Shown: positions 1 through 7,936 of the stretch, in pieces
Position numbering within the stretch: the first letter of the stretch is position 1
How the letters are laid out: every line of letters starts with the position of its first letter
IMG/VR virus record: IMGVR_UViG_3300049140_000034
Location: 1 to 36,015 of that record
From: a virus
Lineage: Duplodnaviria > Caudoviricetes
Reading direction: 5' to 3' (one strand)
Length of the DNA stretch: 36,015 nucleotides
Program-made: the position numbers and the translations under genes
Notes under the pieces: generated by a model
Database searches by the model: none
Told to the model about the DNA's origin: nothing
What the model saw: only the letters and a program-made list of their open reading frames with translations

Positions 1-208
1 GGTCAGCGAGCCGTTGTTCTGACCACGCTCTGATGTGCTGCTCGATCACTGCGAACTGGGCCGCGCTCTCATCACGGTTGAGCAGGCAGTCCTGGCGCTG
101 TGCGCGGGCGATGTGGAACGCCAGCTCGTAGGCCTCGATCGTCGGGTAGTCCTCGTACCGGGGCAGCGGGATCGGGTGCGGCTCGGTAGCCACGACAAGG
201 GTGAGCAC
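1..208 (-). CDS. Hypothetical protein, truncated at left window edge
   Basis: GGAGG RBS then GTG at 208; open frame with high GC3 (MLTLVVATEPHPIPLPRYEDYPTIEAYELAF...) runs off position 1; not in ORF track. Confidence 0.55.
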   Translation of the reverse strand, partial: MLTLVVATEPHPIPLPRYEDYPTIEAYELAFHIARAQRQDCLLNRDESAAQFAVIEQHIRAWSEQRLAD

Positions 209-219
209 TCTGTCCTCCG

Positions 220-513
220 CTACGGTCCGGCGAACCAGTCGACGCTGGTGACGAGTTGGACGACGTCGGCGAGCGGCCGGTCGCCCTTCTCGTTGTTGCA
301 CTTGCGGAGGCAGACGGGGCAGCCGGCGTTGCCGTGGATGGGGGCGAGGTTGTCGGGGTCGAGCTTGGTGCCGCCCTTGCTGACCGGCACGACGTGGTCG
401 ACGGCGTCGGCTGCTCCGTGCCCGCAGACGATGCACACGTCGGACTCGGCGAGGATGCGGCCGCGTATTCGCCGGTACTCGTAGGAGACGAGCTCGTCGC
501 GGCTGGCGGCCAT
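220..513 (-). CDS. HNH endonuclease (packaging-associated)
   Basis: CxxC...DHVVP...G...NL..H...CxxC...CNN.KG HNH/zinc motif; GGAGG RBS; typical genome-end position. Confidence 0.9.
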   Translation of the reverse strand: MAASRDELVSYEYRRIRGRILAESDVCIVCGHGAADAVDHVVPVSKGGTKLDPDNLAPIHGNAGCPVCLRKCNNEKGDRPLADVVQLVTSVDWFAGP

Positions 514-652
514 GCCACCTCCCGCAGGGCGTGAGACGGGACCGCCGGAGTCGTCAGCGCCAGCGATGGGAACTTACGCCCCGTTGGCCACCCACCAGGC
601 GAAGCGCCAGAGCAGGGCGGCCCCGTCCGTTCAGGTCAGGGCCCATGGGCCC

Positions 653-686
653 GCATGACGAAGGCCCCGCTGGTGGGCGGGGCCTT
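653..686 (-). terminator. Hairpin terminator
   Basis: AAGGCCCCGC (661-670) / GCGGGGCCTT (677-686) inverted repeat, followed on the minus strand by CGTCATGC. Confidence 0.65.
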
Positions 687-729
687 GGGCGTCTGTGGGT
701 GCCGTTTGAGGGCACAGTTGTTCACCGCG

Positions 730-759
730 ATCGTCACACAGGGTCTGACCTGCGGTCAA
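730..759 (-). promoter_or_regulatory. Candidate late promoter
   Basis: Minus strand TTGACC (759-754), 18 bp spacer, GACGAT (735-730), upstream of a terminator and the HNH gene. Confidence 0.4.
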
Positions 760-956
760 GCTGCTGCGTTCGCTCGTCGTTGTGCGGAGATGGCGGCGAC
801 GTCTTGGACGGTGTACCAGGGGTGTCGGTCGGTTCCTCCTGCGCGCTTGAGTCGGCCTCGGTAGACGAGGTTGCGGAGGGCTCCGGGTGTGATGCCGAGG
901 GCGCGTTGGGTGTCGCGGGCGGTGAGGTAGCCGACGGGTGCGAGCTGGTCGTCCAT
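756..956 (-). CDS. Small MerR/excisionase-like HTH DNA-binding protein
   Basis: LTARDTQRALGITPGALRNLVYRGRL...WY...DV pattern; GGAGG RBS. Confidence 0.8.
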   Translation of the reverse strand: MDDQLAPVGYLTARDTQRALGITPGALRNLVYRGRLKRAGGTDRHPWYTVQDVAAISAQRRANAAA

Positions 957-973
957 GCCCTCCAGTGTGCGGC

Positions 974-1142
974 AGGGAGGGAGGCGTAGGCGGGGATCCG
1001 GAGAGGCCGTTTGCGGGGTCCTTCAAGGACCCGGCAAGGCGCCTCCCTTGCCTCCCTCTGCTGGCATATGTGCAGGTCGCGCCGGGGGAGGCAGGGTGGG
1101 GAGGCGGTGAGGGAGAACTCCCTCAGATTTCGTCGCCTCCCT
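974..1142. repeat. clt-like cluster of 8-bp GCCTCCC(T/C) repeats
   Basis: AGGGAGGC 978-985, GCCTCCCT 1041-1048, 1050-1057 and 1135-1142, GGGGAGGC 1085-1092 and 1098-1105, plus degenerate copies; immediately downstream of the TraB-like gene. Confidence 0.75.
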
Positions 1143-3258
1143 CGTCGTCGGAGTCCTCCGCGAGGCGATCCAGGATGGCGTCGTGGACGCGGTTTCGGGC
1201 CACGGTCGACTTCCCGCCGCTCTTGTACGGCTCCGCCCCATACGGCTCCAGCGCCTTCTTCAGGTCGACGGGCCCCCATGCCAGGTATGCGTCCGGGCGG
1301 CGCTCGGCGAGCCGGTTCAGAACCTCCTGAGTGAGCATGCGCGGCGCGTCGCCGAGGACCGCGGCGACGTCGGTAAGCGCGTCGGCCGGCTCGAACGTCG
1401 GCTCCTCCACGGAGCCCGTGCCCTCGTACAGTCCCATCGCCCGCTCGACGACCGGTGTCACCTCGTCGACACCCTTCTCGGGGTCGCGGGCGACGTAGTG
1501 GGAGCGCACGACCTCGAACGGCTTGTTGCTGAACCCGACGGTCACGGCGGTGCCGACGTCCTCGCCGGGGATGAGCGTGGTGGCAGTGATGCCGGCCTTG
1601 TGCTTGCCGGAGCCGAGGAGTCCGTCGTTGGCGACGTGGTCGCCGACCGCGAACGCGACGCGGTGGCTGGTGTTGCGGGTGACGTCACGCGGGATGCTGT
1701 CCGCCGTGGGCGACACGGTCACGAAGACGAGGGTGATGCCGACCTTGCGGGCCTTCTTCAGCACCTTTACGGCCAGCTCGGCGGCTTCCTTGCCGTACTC
1801 CTTGTGCCCGAACAGCTCGTGGACCTCGTCGAAGACGACGACCTTGGGCCGCATCCGCGGGTCCTTCAGGGCCAGTTCGCGCGTCAGCTTGGTGGCGTCG
1901 CCGCCGAGTTCTTCCAGCAGCTTGCCGCGCTCGGTGACCTCGTCCCGCAGGTTCCGCAGCGCGACCAGGGCGGCCCGCAGGTCCTCGTCCTCGTCGCCCT
2001 TGACCAGCACCCGCATGCGGGGCTTGAGCGGGTCGTAGTCGACGTTGTACGCCATGACGTAGGCCTCGACGATGACGAGCGGGTCGAGGATCGCCCCGAG
2101 GAGCAGGGCGATGACGATGGACGTCTTACCCGAGCCCATGATCCCGCCGACCATCCAGTTGGCGGCCATGAGCTTGCCGATGATGGGCTCGCCGCGCTGG
2201 GAGACGGCGACGGGCACGCCCTTGAAGTAGTCGGTGGTGCCTTCGGTGAGCAGCGGCCACGGCGGCACGACGCCGGAGAGAGAGCCCTGGTCGGCGACCC
2301 ACAGGTCGAGGACGCCGGGCTGCTTCGGGGGTTCGGTCGGCCACGTCTCGACGGGCTTCCTGAGCAGGTTGTGGGCGAGGACGTTCTTCTTCGCGGCGAT
2401 CATCTCGACGGTGACGCCGAGGGGAAGCTGCAGCTGGGTGTGCCAGCCGTTGCCGGAGCGGGTGGTGGGCTGCACCCAGCGGGGCTGCCAGCCGTCCTTG
2501 ATGGCCTTGTTGAGCGGTGCGATGCCGAGGTTGCCGAGCGCACGGAGGATGGCGCCCTCGTCGGGGACGACGTCACGCTGCTCGGGGTCGCCGGGCAGGG
2601 CCCAGGCCGGGGCGGTCTGCCGGTGGCGGCCGACGGCCCACACCCCCGCGAGGGCGAGCCACGGCAGGCAGACCAGCAGCGGGTCCCAGACGACTCCGGC
2701 GATGAACGCGGCCCAGCCGACCAGCTCGATCACGGTGGTGATGGGGGTGAGCACGTCGGAGACGTCGTGGTTCGCCCAGGCCAGCATGATGCCGAGCATC
2801 AGCAGAATGCCCGCACCGCCAGCCGCGCCCATGGCGATGGCCTTGGGGGCGTTGATGGCCAGCTGCAGCAGCTCCATACGGCGGCGGTGGCGGGACTGCC
2901 GGAAGATGTAGGCGCGCTGCTCCCAGTCGCGGGCCACGTCTTCCTGACCAGCAGCTTCGGCGGCGCGCATCATCCGCTCGTGCCGGGCGGTCGTGCGGGA
3001 GTCCCAGGCCCGGCGGGTGAGGATGCGGGTGCCGCCGACGAGGTAGGAGCCGTGCCGGACGACGGCCCGGTACCCGGCGTTGGTGCGGACCTCGACGACG
3101 GCGCGCCGCAGGTGGTCGATGCGTACCCGGCGGCGGGCGCGGGGCTTGTCCTCGACGACGGCCGGCACCGGCGTGGTCGGCGGTTCGGGCGCGAACTTGA
3201 GGAGGTTCACCTTCGGGTCGGCGTGCCCGTTGACACGCTCGGCGGTGGTCTCGGTCAT
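1123..3258 (-). CDS. traB: FtsK/SpoIIIE-family conjugative DNA translocase (TraB-like)
   Basis: N-terminal TM helices, Walker A GIMGSGKT, Walker B VVVFDEVHE, C-terminal wHTH-like domain; Spd-like neighbours. Confidence 0.85.
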   Translation of the reverse strand: MTETTAERVNGHADPKVNLLKFAPEPPTTPVPAVVEDKPRARRRVRIDHLRRAVVEVRTNAGYRAVVRHGSYLVGGTRILTRRAWDSRTTARHERMMRAAEAAGQEDVARDWEQRAYIFRQSRHRRRMELLQLAINAPKAIAMGAAGGAGILLMLGIMLAWANHDVSDVLTPITTVIELVGWAAFIAGVVWDPLLVCLPWLALAGVWAVGRHRQTAPAWALPGDPEQRDVVPDEGAILRALGNLGIAPLNKAIKDGWQPRWVQPTTRSGNGWHTQLQLPLGVTVEMIAAKKNVLAHNLLRKPVETWPTEPPKQPGVLDLWVADQGSLSGVVPPWPLLTEGTTDYFKGVPVAVSQRGEPIIGKLMAANWMVGGIMGSGKTSIVIALLLGAILDPLVIVEAYVMAYNVDYDPLKPRMRVLVKGDEDEDLRAALVALRNLRDEVTERGKLLEELGGDATKLTRELALKDPRMRPKVVVFDEVHELFGHKEYGKEAAELAVKVLKKARKVGITLVFVTVSPTADSIPRDVTRNTSHRVAFAVGDHVANDGLLGSGKHKAGITATTLIPGEDVGTAVTVGFSNKPFEVVRSHYVARDPEKGVDEVTPVVERAMGLYEGTGSVEEPTFEPADALTDVAAVLGDAPRMLTQEVLNRLAERRPDAYLAWGPVDLKKALEPYGAEPYKSGGKSTVARNRVHDAILDRLAEDSDDEGGDEI

Positions 3259-3344
3259 GCTGGGGGCTTCCTGCCTCTTGCTGGGGTACGGAGGCCCGGG
3301 GACGGCAGCGGCTTGGCGGTTGCAGTGCCGTCCCCGGGGCGTTG

Positions 3345-3521
3345 CTACTTCTTCTTCTTGCGGCGGAGCGCCTGGTTCTCGATCCGCTCGATGCGCCTGG
3401 TCAGGTCGCTGATGTCGACGCTGTCCCCTGCGAGGCCGCGCTTCGCGGCGCGGGCGGTCAGGACGGCGATGCGGACCCGCTCGCCGCCGGTGAAGTCGGA
3501 AAACTTCAGGTCGTCAGCCAC
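3345..3521 (-). CDS. Small basic protein of transfer module (resembles DUF6257)
   Basis: GAGGA RBS, GTG 3521 to TAG 3345; MADDLKFSDFTGGERVRIAVLTARAAKRGLAG...RRKKKK, 58 aa; missing from ORF track. Confidence 0.7.
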   Translation of the reverse strand: MADDLKFSDFTGGERVRIAVLTARAAKRGLAGDSVDISDLTRRIERIENQALRRKKKK

Positions 3522-3675
3522 GGGTGTCCTCCTCGTCGGCGTTGGTGACGGTGACGTTGACGATGTGGCCGACTTGGAAGGGCAGGTCTTCGTAGGCGCG
3601 GGCGGTTGCGTCGTCGCTGACGGTGGTCTCGATGACGTCGCCGTCGGACTCGTAGATCGTGACCTTCTTGGCCAT
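3514..3675 (-). CDS. Small acidic hypothetical protein (53 aa)
   Basis: AAAGAGG RBS before ATG 3675; overlaps the start of the next gene. Confidence 0.7.
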   Translation of the reverse strand: MAKKVTIYESDGDVIETTVSDDATARAYEDLPFQVGHIVNVTVTNADEEDTRG

Positions 3676-3771
3676 GGCGGCCTCTTTTCGGGTTGGGGTG
3701 GAACGCTGGGCGGTTCCCCTCACCGCCCGGCCCAGGTCCGGGCGGATCGGGTAGCCGGCCAGCTGGGGTGG

Positions 3772-3957
3772 TTAGTCCTGCGCCCGGTGCTTCTCCATCG
3801 CCTTCAGTTCGTTGATGCGGTCGAGGGCGGCATCAGCATCTGCGGCGGCCTGGCGGGCGCGGGGGCCGTCTCCCATGAACGTTGCGTCGGCCTGAGCGCG
3901 GCTGGCTGCGAGCGCTGCGTCTTCCTGCTCGACGATCTTGCGGTTGTAGATGCCCAT
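3772..3957 (-). CDS. Small helical hypothetical protein (61 aa)
   Basis: GAGAGGAG RBS before ATG 3957 (MGIYNRKIVEQ...). Confidence 0.7.
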   Translation of the reverse strand: MGIYNRKIVEQEDAALAASRAQADATFMGDGPRARQAAADADAALDRINELKAMEKHRAQD

Positions 3958-4058
3958 GACGGGGCTCCTCTCGGTTGTGGGCTGGCCGGTTGGCCGGCCC
4001 CACCGCGCCCCCGCAACCGTGTCCGTATGAGCACGGTTGGCAGAGGACGGAGGGACCG

Positions 4059-4382
4059 TCAGCGGCGGCCCTTCTGCATGTCGCGCCACATGTCCCGAAG
4101 GACGAGCACGATGATCGCGGCGACGCCGCCGAGGATGGCCAGCGCGAGGGACGCGAACGCCAGCCCGATGGAGCCGACGCACACCGCGCACGCGATGCCG
4201 ATCCACTCGCCCGTGCTGCGGCGGGCCTTGCCGTGGTCGTGCTGGCACTGCTGCGGCGGCTGCGCCTGCTGCTGGGTGGCGAGCTTCGCCAACTCCATCG
4301 CGGCCATGGCCAGCTGTACGGCGGCCGTGTCGGTCTCGGCCGCGGTGACGGCGGCCTCAGCCTTGTCGAGGGCGTCGCTCAC
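4059..4382 (-). CDS. Small membrane protein, Spd-like
   Basis: Coiled N-terminus plus long hydrophobic C-terminal hairpin; coupled to upstream gene by GTGA overlap. Confidence 0.7.
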   Translation of the reverse strand: MSDALDKAEAAVTAAETDTAAVQLAMAAMELAKLATQQQAQPPQQCQHDHGKARRSTGEWIGIACAVCVGSIGLAFASLALAILGGVAAIIVLVLRDMWRDMQKGRR

Positions 4383-5332
4383 GACGTCTCACCGTCCTCC
4401 GCGAGGGCCTTCTCCCTGTCGTACAGGGCATCGACCACGTCCCATCCGCCGGTCAGCCCGCGGGCCCGCATGGCCTCCCGCATAGCCTCCCTGAACTTCC
4501 GCTTGGACGGCGGCGGGTCGGTGGCGTACAGCTCGGCGGCGAGCATGGCGACCGCCCGGAGGTTCGCGTTCTGCGGCCCTTCGAGGGAGGGCGTGCCGGA
4601 TTGGCGCGGTGTGACGGTCACGGGGGTTTCGGTGAGGGCGAAACCCCCCGTGCCGCCTGCGGTTTCGTCGTCCGGCACACCCCCCGACAGGAGGGCCTCA
4701 AGCTCGTGGTCGGAGACGAGGGCGGGCAGGTCGGTGTGCCAGTCCGGCACGGGGTGCTGGTCGATGATCTCGGCGTGGGCTTCGAGGGCCTGGTGGACGG
4801 TGGTGGTGGCTTCCGCTTCCGCTTTCCGGGACCGCTTCACGATGTCGGCGGCGGCCTTCGTCTCGTCGGCCCGTGCGGTGGCGAGGGCGCGGGACACGGC
4901 GATGCGGTCACGGGTCGCGGCACGCGTCCGGTCGATGGCCGACTGAGCCCGGGGGCTGATGCGGGTTGTGTCGCGGTCGATGGCCATCACCAGGGTGACC
5001 TTCGCGAGGACCGGGACCAGGCCGCCGACGGCCGCGGCGAGCAGGTCGGCGGCGAGGAGACCGTGGACGGCGAGGACCGCCACCGTGAGCGGGAGGAACA
5101 CCCAGCCCATGACCTTCGGGAGGCGGGCGCTGGATCCCTGACGGCGGTGCGCGGTTTCCTGGGCGAGGGCGTACAGCCATACGGCGTCGTAGAGGACGGC
5201 GACGGAGTAGGCGAACGCGGGATGGGCCTGGGCGGTGAGGATGTCGCCGATAGCGGCGACGGCCCACACGATGGCGACGGCGGTGAGCACGGCGGGCAGG
5301 ACCCAGGGGCCGGCCTTCTTCAGACGGTTCAT
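4379..5332 (-). CDS. SpdB-like multi-TM spread protein (317 aa)
   Basis: Start MNRLKKAG via ATGA overlap; ~4 N-terminal TM helices, coiled coil, basic C-terminal HTH-like region. Confidence 0.7.
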   Translation of the reverse strand: MNRLKKAGPWVLPAVLTAVAIVWAVAAIGDILTAQAHPAFAYSVAVLYDAVWLYALAQETAHRRQGSSARLPKVMGWVFLPLTVAVLAVHGLLAADLLAAAVGGLVPVLAKVTLVMAIDRDTTRISPRAQSAIDRTRAATRDRIAVSRALATARADETKAAADIVKRSRKAEAEATTTVHQALEAHAEIIDQHPVPDWHTDLPALVSDHELEALLSGGVPDDETAGGTGGFALTETPVTVTPRQSGTPSLEGPQNANLRAVAMLAAELYATDPPPSKRKFREAMREAMRARGLTGGWDVVDALYDREKALAEDGETS

Positions 5333-5691
5333 GCTTCGCCGACCTCCAGCGCGGACAGCCGCGTCGCCAGGCGCCGCAGATAGAGCGCGTGCCGGTGCAT
5401 CGCGTCCGCCAGCTCGTCCAGGCCCGCGGCGTCGAGGGTGCCGGTGTAGCCGCACTGCTCGACGTACACGCCGACCTGCGGGGCGCCGGAGAACGGGGAC
5501 TGCACGTACATCACCTTCCACAAGGTGGTGTCGCGGAAGTCGAGGTCGTGTTCGGGGCCGTAGTGAGTCAGGTCGGGCAGGAACTGGGCGTGCCCGTCGT
5601 GGTGTCCGGTGCACCAGTCGGGTTCTTCGACGGTGCGGTGCTGGGTGACGAGGACGTTGACGACGGTGGTGTTGGGCTCGGCGCTACTCAC
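5329..5691 (-). CDS. Hypothetical protein (DUF6907-like)
   Basis: PDWC..HH...H.G motif plus C-terminal amphipathic helix; coupled overlaps on both sides. Confidence 0.7.
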   Translation of the reverse strand: MSSAEPNTTVVNVLVTQHRTVEEPDWCTGHHDGHAQFLPDLTHYGPEHDLDFRDTTLWKVMYVQSPFSGAPQVGVYVEQCGYTGTLDAAGLDELADAMHRHALYLRRLATRLSALEVGEA

Positions 5692-6059
5692 TGGCCTTCA
5701 CCGGCCTCGGCGTGCTCGGCGGCGAGGAAGGCGGCGACGGTGGGGAACGCGCGGTCGACGGAGCGGCGGGCGGCCCTGTCGGCGGCCTCGGTCTCCTCGG
5801 CGCGGAGCCTGCCGCGGAGGAAGTCGGCGTTCCAGCCGATGCTGGCCGGGTCCTCCTCCAGGGCGCCCTTGACGGTGGCGCGGACCCAGTCGGCCCGGGT
5901 CTCCATCCGGCGGGCGTGCTCGGGGCCGTCGTAGGGGAGGGTGACGGCTTCGAGGACCGCTTCCAGCAGCTGGCGGAGGTCGCGGGCGTCGCCCGGGTTC
6001 TGCGTGGGGGTGGACGGGGAACTTGCGGGCGCGTCGGGGCGCACGGAAAGATCGGTCAT
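5688..6059 (-). CDS. Hypothetical protein (123 aa)
   Basis: AGGAG RBS before ATG 6059; first gene after a structured leader. Confidence 0.75.
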   Translation of the reverse strand: MTDLSVRPDAPASSPSTPTQNPGDARDLRQLLEAVLEAVTLPYDGPEHARRMETRADWVRATVKGALEEDPASIGWNADFLRGRLRAEETEAADRAARRSVDRAFPTVAAFLAAEHAEAGEGQ

Positions 6060-6158
6060 GCCGACTCCTGGTGTGAGATCCAAGTCGGTAGAGGGTCGGG
6101 CGGTGCGATCGCCTCCCGGGTGCTCCAACACCTGGGAGAGCTGCTGCCCGGCCCTCGT

Positions 6159-6398
6159 CTATTCGGTTGTGGCGTCCGGGTTGGGCGCCTTCTTGCGCTC
6201 GTCTCGCTTGAGCGCTTGGTCGATGGCCTGCCAGCTGCGCCCGAGGGCGCGTGCGACCTCGGCCTTGGAGCCGAGTTCCTGCACGCCTTCGCGCAGGGCC
6301 TCAGCTCGTCGTGCGGCGGACTCGGAGACGAGGCCTCGCAGCTGCTCCAACAGCTGTTCTTCCTCGTGGACCCGCTCCCGCCAGGGCTTCGTGTCCAT
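6159..6398 (-). CDS. Small HTH regulator heading the transfer module (79 aa)
   Basis: GSKAEVARALGRSWQAIDQAL helix-turn-helix; palindrome just upstream. Confidence 0.75.
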   Translation of the reverse strand: MDTKPWRERVHEEEQLLEQLRGLVSESAARRAEALREGVQELGSKAEVARALGRSWQAIDQALKRDERKKAPNPDATTE

Positions 6399-6410
6399 CG
6401 AGAACACGGT

Positions 6411-6430
6411 ATCCAACACTAGGGTTGGAT
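6411..6430. promoter_or_regulatory. Palindromic operator candidate
   Basis: ATCCAAC-actagg-GTTGGAT, 12 bp upstream of the HTH gene start. Confidence 0.65.
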
Positions 6431-6439
6431 GCAAGGTGG

Positions 6440-7063
6440 TCACGCTGCCTCGCTCGGCTGAAGCTTCCTCAACTCCAGCCAGGTCTCCGGCGGGTACGTT
6501 GTACCGCACCACCGGCACTCCACCTTCGCCGTGCCCGCCGGCACCCGCAGCACCGCACCGCACACGACACCGTCCTCGTACACAGCCGGGCAGTTCCCCA
6601 GCCGCATCGACCGCTCCGGCGGATTCACGATGGAGATGCCGTCCCGCTCCAGGCCGCGGATCTCCTCCGCGAACGCGCCCGCCATCGGCCAGCTCGCCGC
6701 GATCCAGTCGAGGTTCATGGACAGGGCGCGCGACGCGACGGCGATCCGCCGCTCCACGGTGCCCTCGATGGCGGGCTCACCCCACCCCCGGTCGGCCTGC
6801 ATCGCCGAGCGCCAGTCCTCCAGGACGCCGACCATGCCGCCGGGGCCGCGGAGGTTGAACGCGGGCTCGGCGATCGGCAGGGGTGCCTCGGCGGGCCGGG
6901 ACCGGCCGAACTCCGGGCGGCGCCCGGACGGCTGGAGGAACGCGGCGAGGGCTTCGTACAGGTGGGGCATTCGGTCGAGGCGTTCGGCGAGGGCGAGCGT
7001 GTCGCCGGGGCACAGGTAGCCGTGCTCCAGGTCGCGCTCACACAGGCCGCAGCTGGCGGTCAT
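6440..7063 (-). CDS. Zinc-ribbon protein, putative late-gene regulator
   Basis: N-terminal CGLC...LC and C-terminal CP...CG...CRWCG motifs. Confidence 0.75.
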   Translation of the reverse strand: MTASCGLCERDLEHGYLCPGDTLALAERLDRMPHLYEALAAFLQPSGRRPEFGRSRPAEAPLPIAEPAFNLRGPGGMVGVLEDWRSAMQADRGWGEPAIEGTVERRIAVASRALSMNLDWIAASWPMAGAFAEEIRGLERDGISIVNPPERSMRLGNCPAVYEDGVVCGAVLRVPAGTAKVECRWCGTTYPPETWLELRKLQPSEAA

Positions 7064-7260
7064 ACCCGGCTCCGGTGCTGCAGCTGGTACAGGCGGAGGC
7101 TGGACAGGTAGCGGTCGCCGGCCGAGCGCTTGATGGCGGCCTGGGCGCGGGCGGCGCTGCGGCGGGCGTCCTTGCTGGCCCAGTAGGCGTGCAGCAGGGC
7201 CATGCCCTGCGAGCCGAGGGCGATGCCGACGAACAACATCTGGATCTCGTTGGGGGTCAT
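7060..7260 (-). CDS. Small membrane-anchored hypothetical protein (66 aa)
   Basis: AAGGAG RBS before ATG 7260; N-terminal hydrophobic helix; ATGA overlap with the next gene. Confidence 0.7.
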   Translation of the reverse strand: MTPNEIQMLFVGIALGSQGMALLHAYWASKDARRSAARAQAAIKRSAGDRYLSSLRLYQLQHRSRV

Positions 7261-7306
7261 GTCGGTCTCCTTGCTGTGGGCCGAGGTCTTCTCAGGAAGA
7301 CCTCGG

Positions 7307-7831
7307 TCAGAACGGGGGCTGGTCGGAATAGCCGGCGCCCTGGGCGGCGGGCTGCTGCTGTTGCGCGCCACCCCATCCGCCACCCTGCTGCTGGCCGTTG
7401 GCGGGCCGGGCGTTCGCCCACGGGTCGCCCTCAACATTTGTTGAGGCCTGCCGCTGCCCTCCGCCCGCCGGGTTCTTCTCGACCTTCGCGGTGGCGCGGG
7501 CGAGGGTCGGCCCGACCTCGTCGACGTCGATCTCGTACACGGTCCGCTTCACCTGCTCGCGGTCCTCATACGACCGCTGCTTCAACCGGCCCTGCACGAT
7601 GACGCGGACGCCCTTGGCGAGGGACTCGGCGACGTTCTCGGCGGCCTGCCTCCACACCGAGCAGGTCAGGAACAGGGCGTCGCCGTCCTTCCACTCGTTG
7701 GTCTGCTTGTCGAAGACGCGCGGGGTGGACGCGATGCGGAACTTGGCGACCGCGACGCCGGACGGGGTGAAGCGGAGCTCGGGGTCGTCGACCAGGTTGC
7801 CGACGACGGTGATGACGGTCTCGCCTGCCAT
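7307..7831 (-). CDS. ssb: Single-stranded DNA-binding protein
   Basis: [25 protein letters not shown] actinobacterial SSB OB fold; G/Q-rich linker; acidic DQPPF tail. Confidence 0.97.
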   Translation of the reverse strand: MAGETVITVVGNLVDDPELRFTPSGVAVAKFRIASTPRVFDKQTNEWKDGDALFLTCSVWRQAAENVAESLAKGVRVIVQGRLKQRSYEDREQVKRTVYEIDVDEVGPTLARATAKVEKNPAGGGQRQASTNVEGDPWANARPANGQQQGGGWGGAQQQQPAAQGAGYSDQPPF

Positions 7832-7853
7832 GGCGGGGCTCCTTCTGGGATGG

Positions 7854-7923
7854 AAGCTTCCCGATGCCGGGAAGCTTTGCGGGATGCTGGAGGGGAGGCC
7901 GGCCCGGTTCCCGCGGGCCGGCC
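7854..7923. promoter_or_regulatory. Two inverted repeats upstream of ssb
   Basis: AAGCTTCCCG/CGGGAAGCTT 7854-7877 and GGCCGGCCCG/CGGGCCGGCC 7897-7923. Confidence 0.5.
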
Positions 7924-7936
7924 GTTGTCGTGCGGG

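Larger units (their letters stand above)
957..6430 (-). mobile_element. Streptomyces plasmid/AICE-type conjugative transfer module
   Basis: HTH regulator with operator, small ORFs, Spd-like membrane proteins, TraB-like FtsK ATPase and downstream 8-bp repeats. Confidence 0.75.

Noticed and set aside
1084-1113. G-quadruplex motif (four G tracts)
   Set aside because: More simply a by-product of the clt-like GGGAGGC repeats in high-GC DNA
1123-3258. ATPase as a packaging motor or host cell-division FtsK
   Set aside because: A terminase is already present, and the Spd-like neighbours and downstream repeats fit TraB
1183-4485. 1100-aa plus-strand ORF (also 21147-23579, 24283-27474 and 30536-33343)
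   Set aside because: Antisense shadows of well-supported minus-strand genes; stop codons are rare at this GC level and no motifs are recognisable
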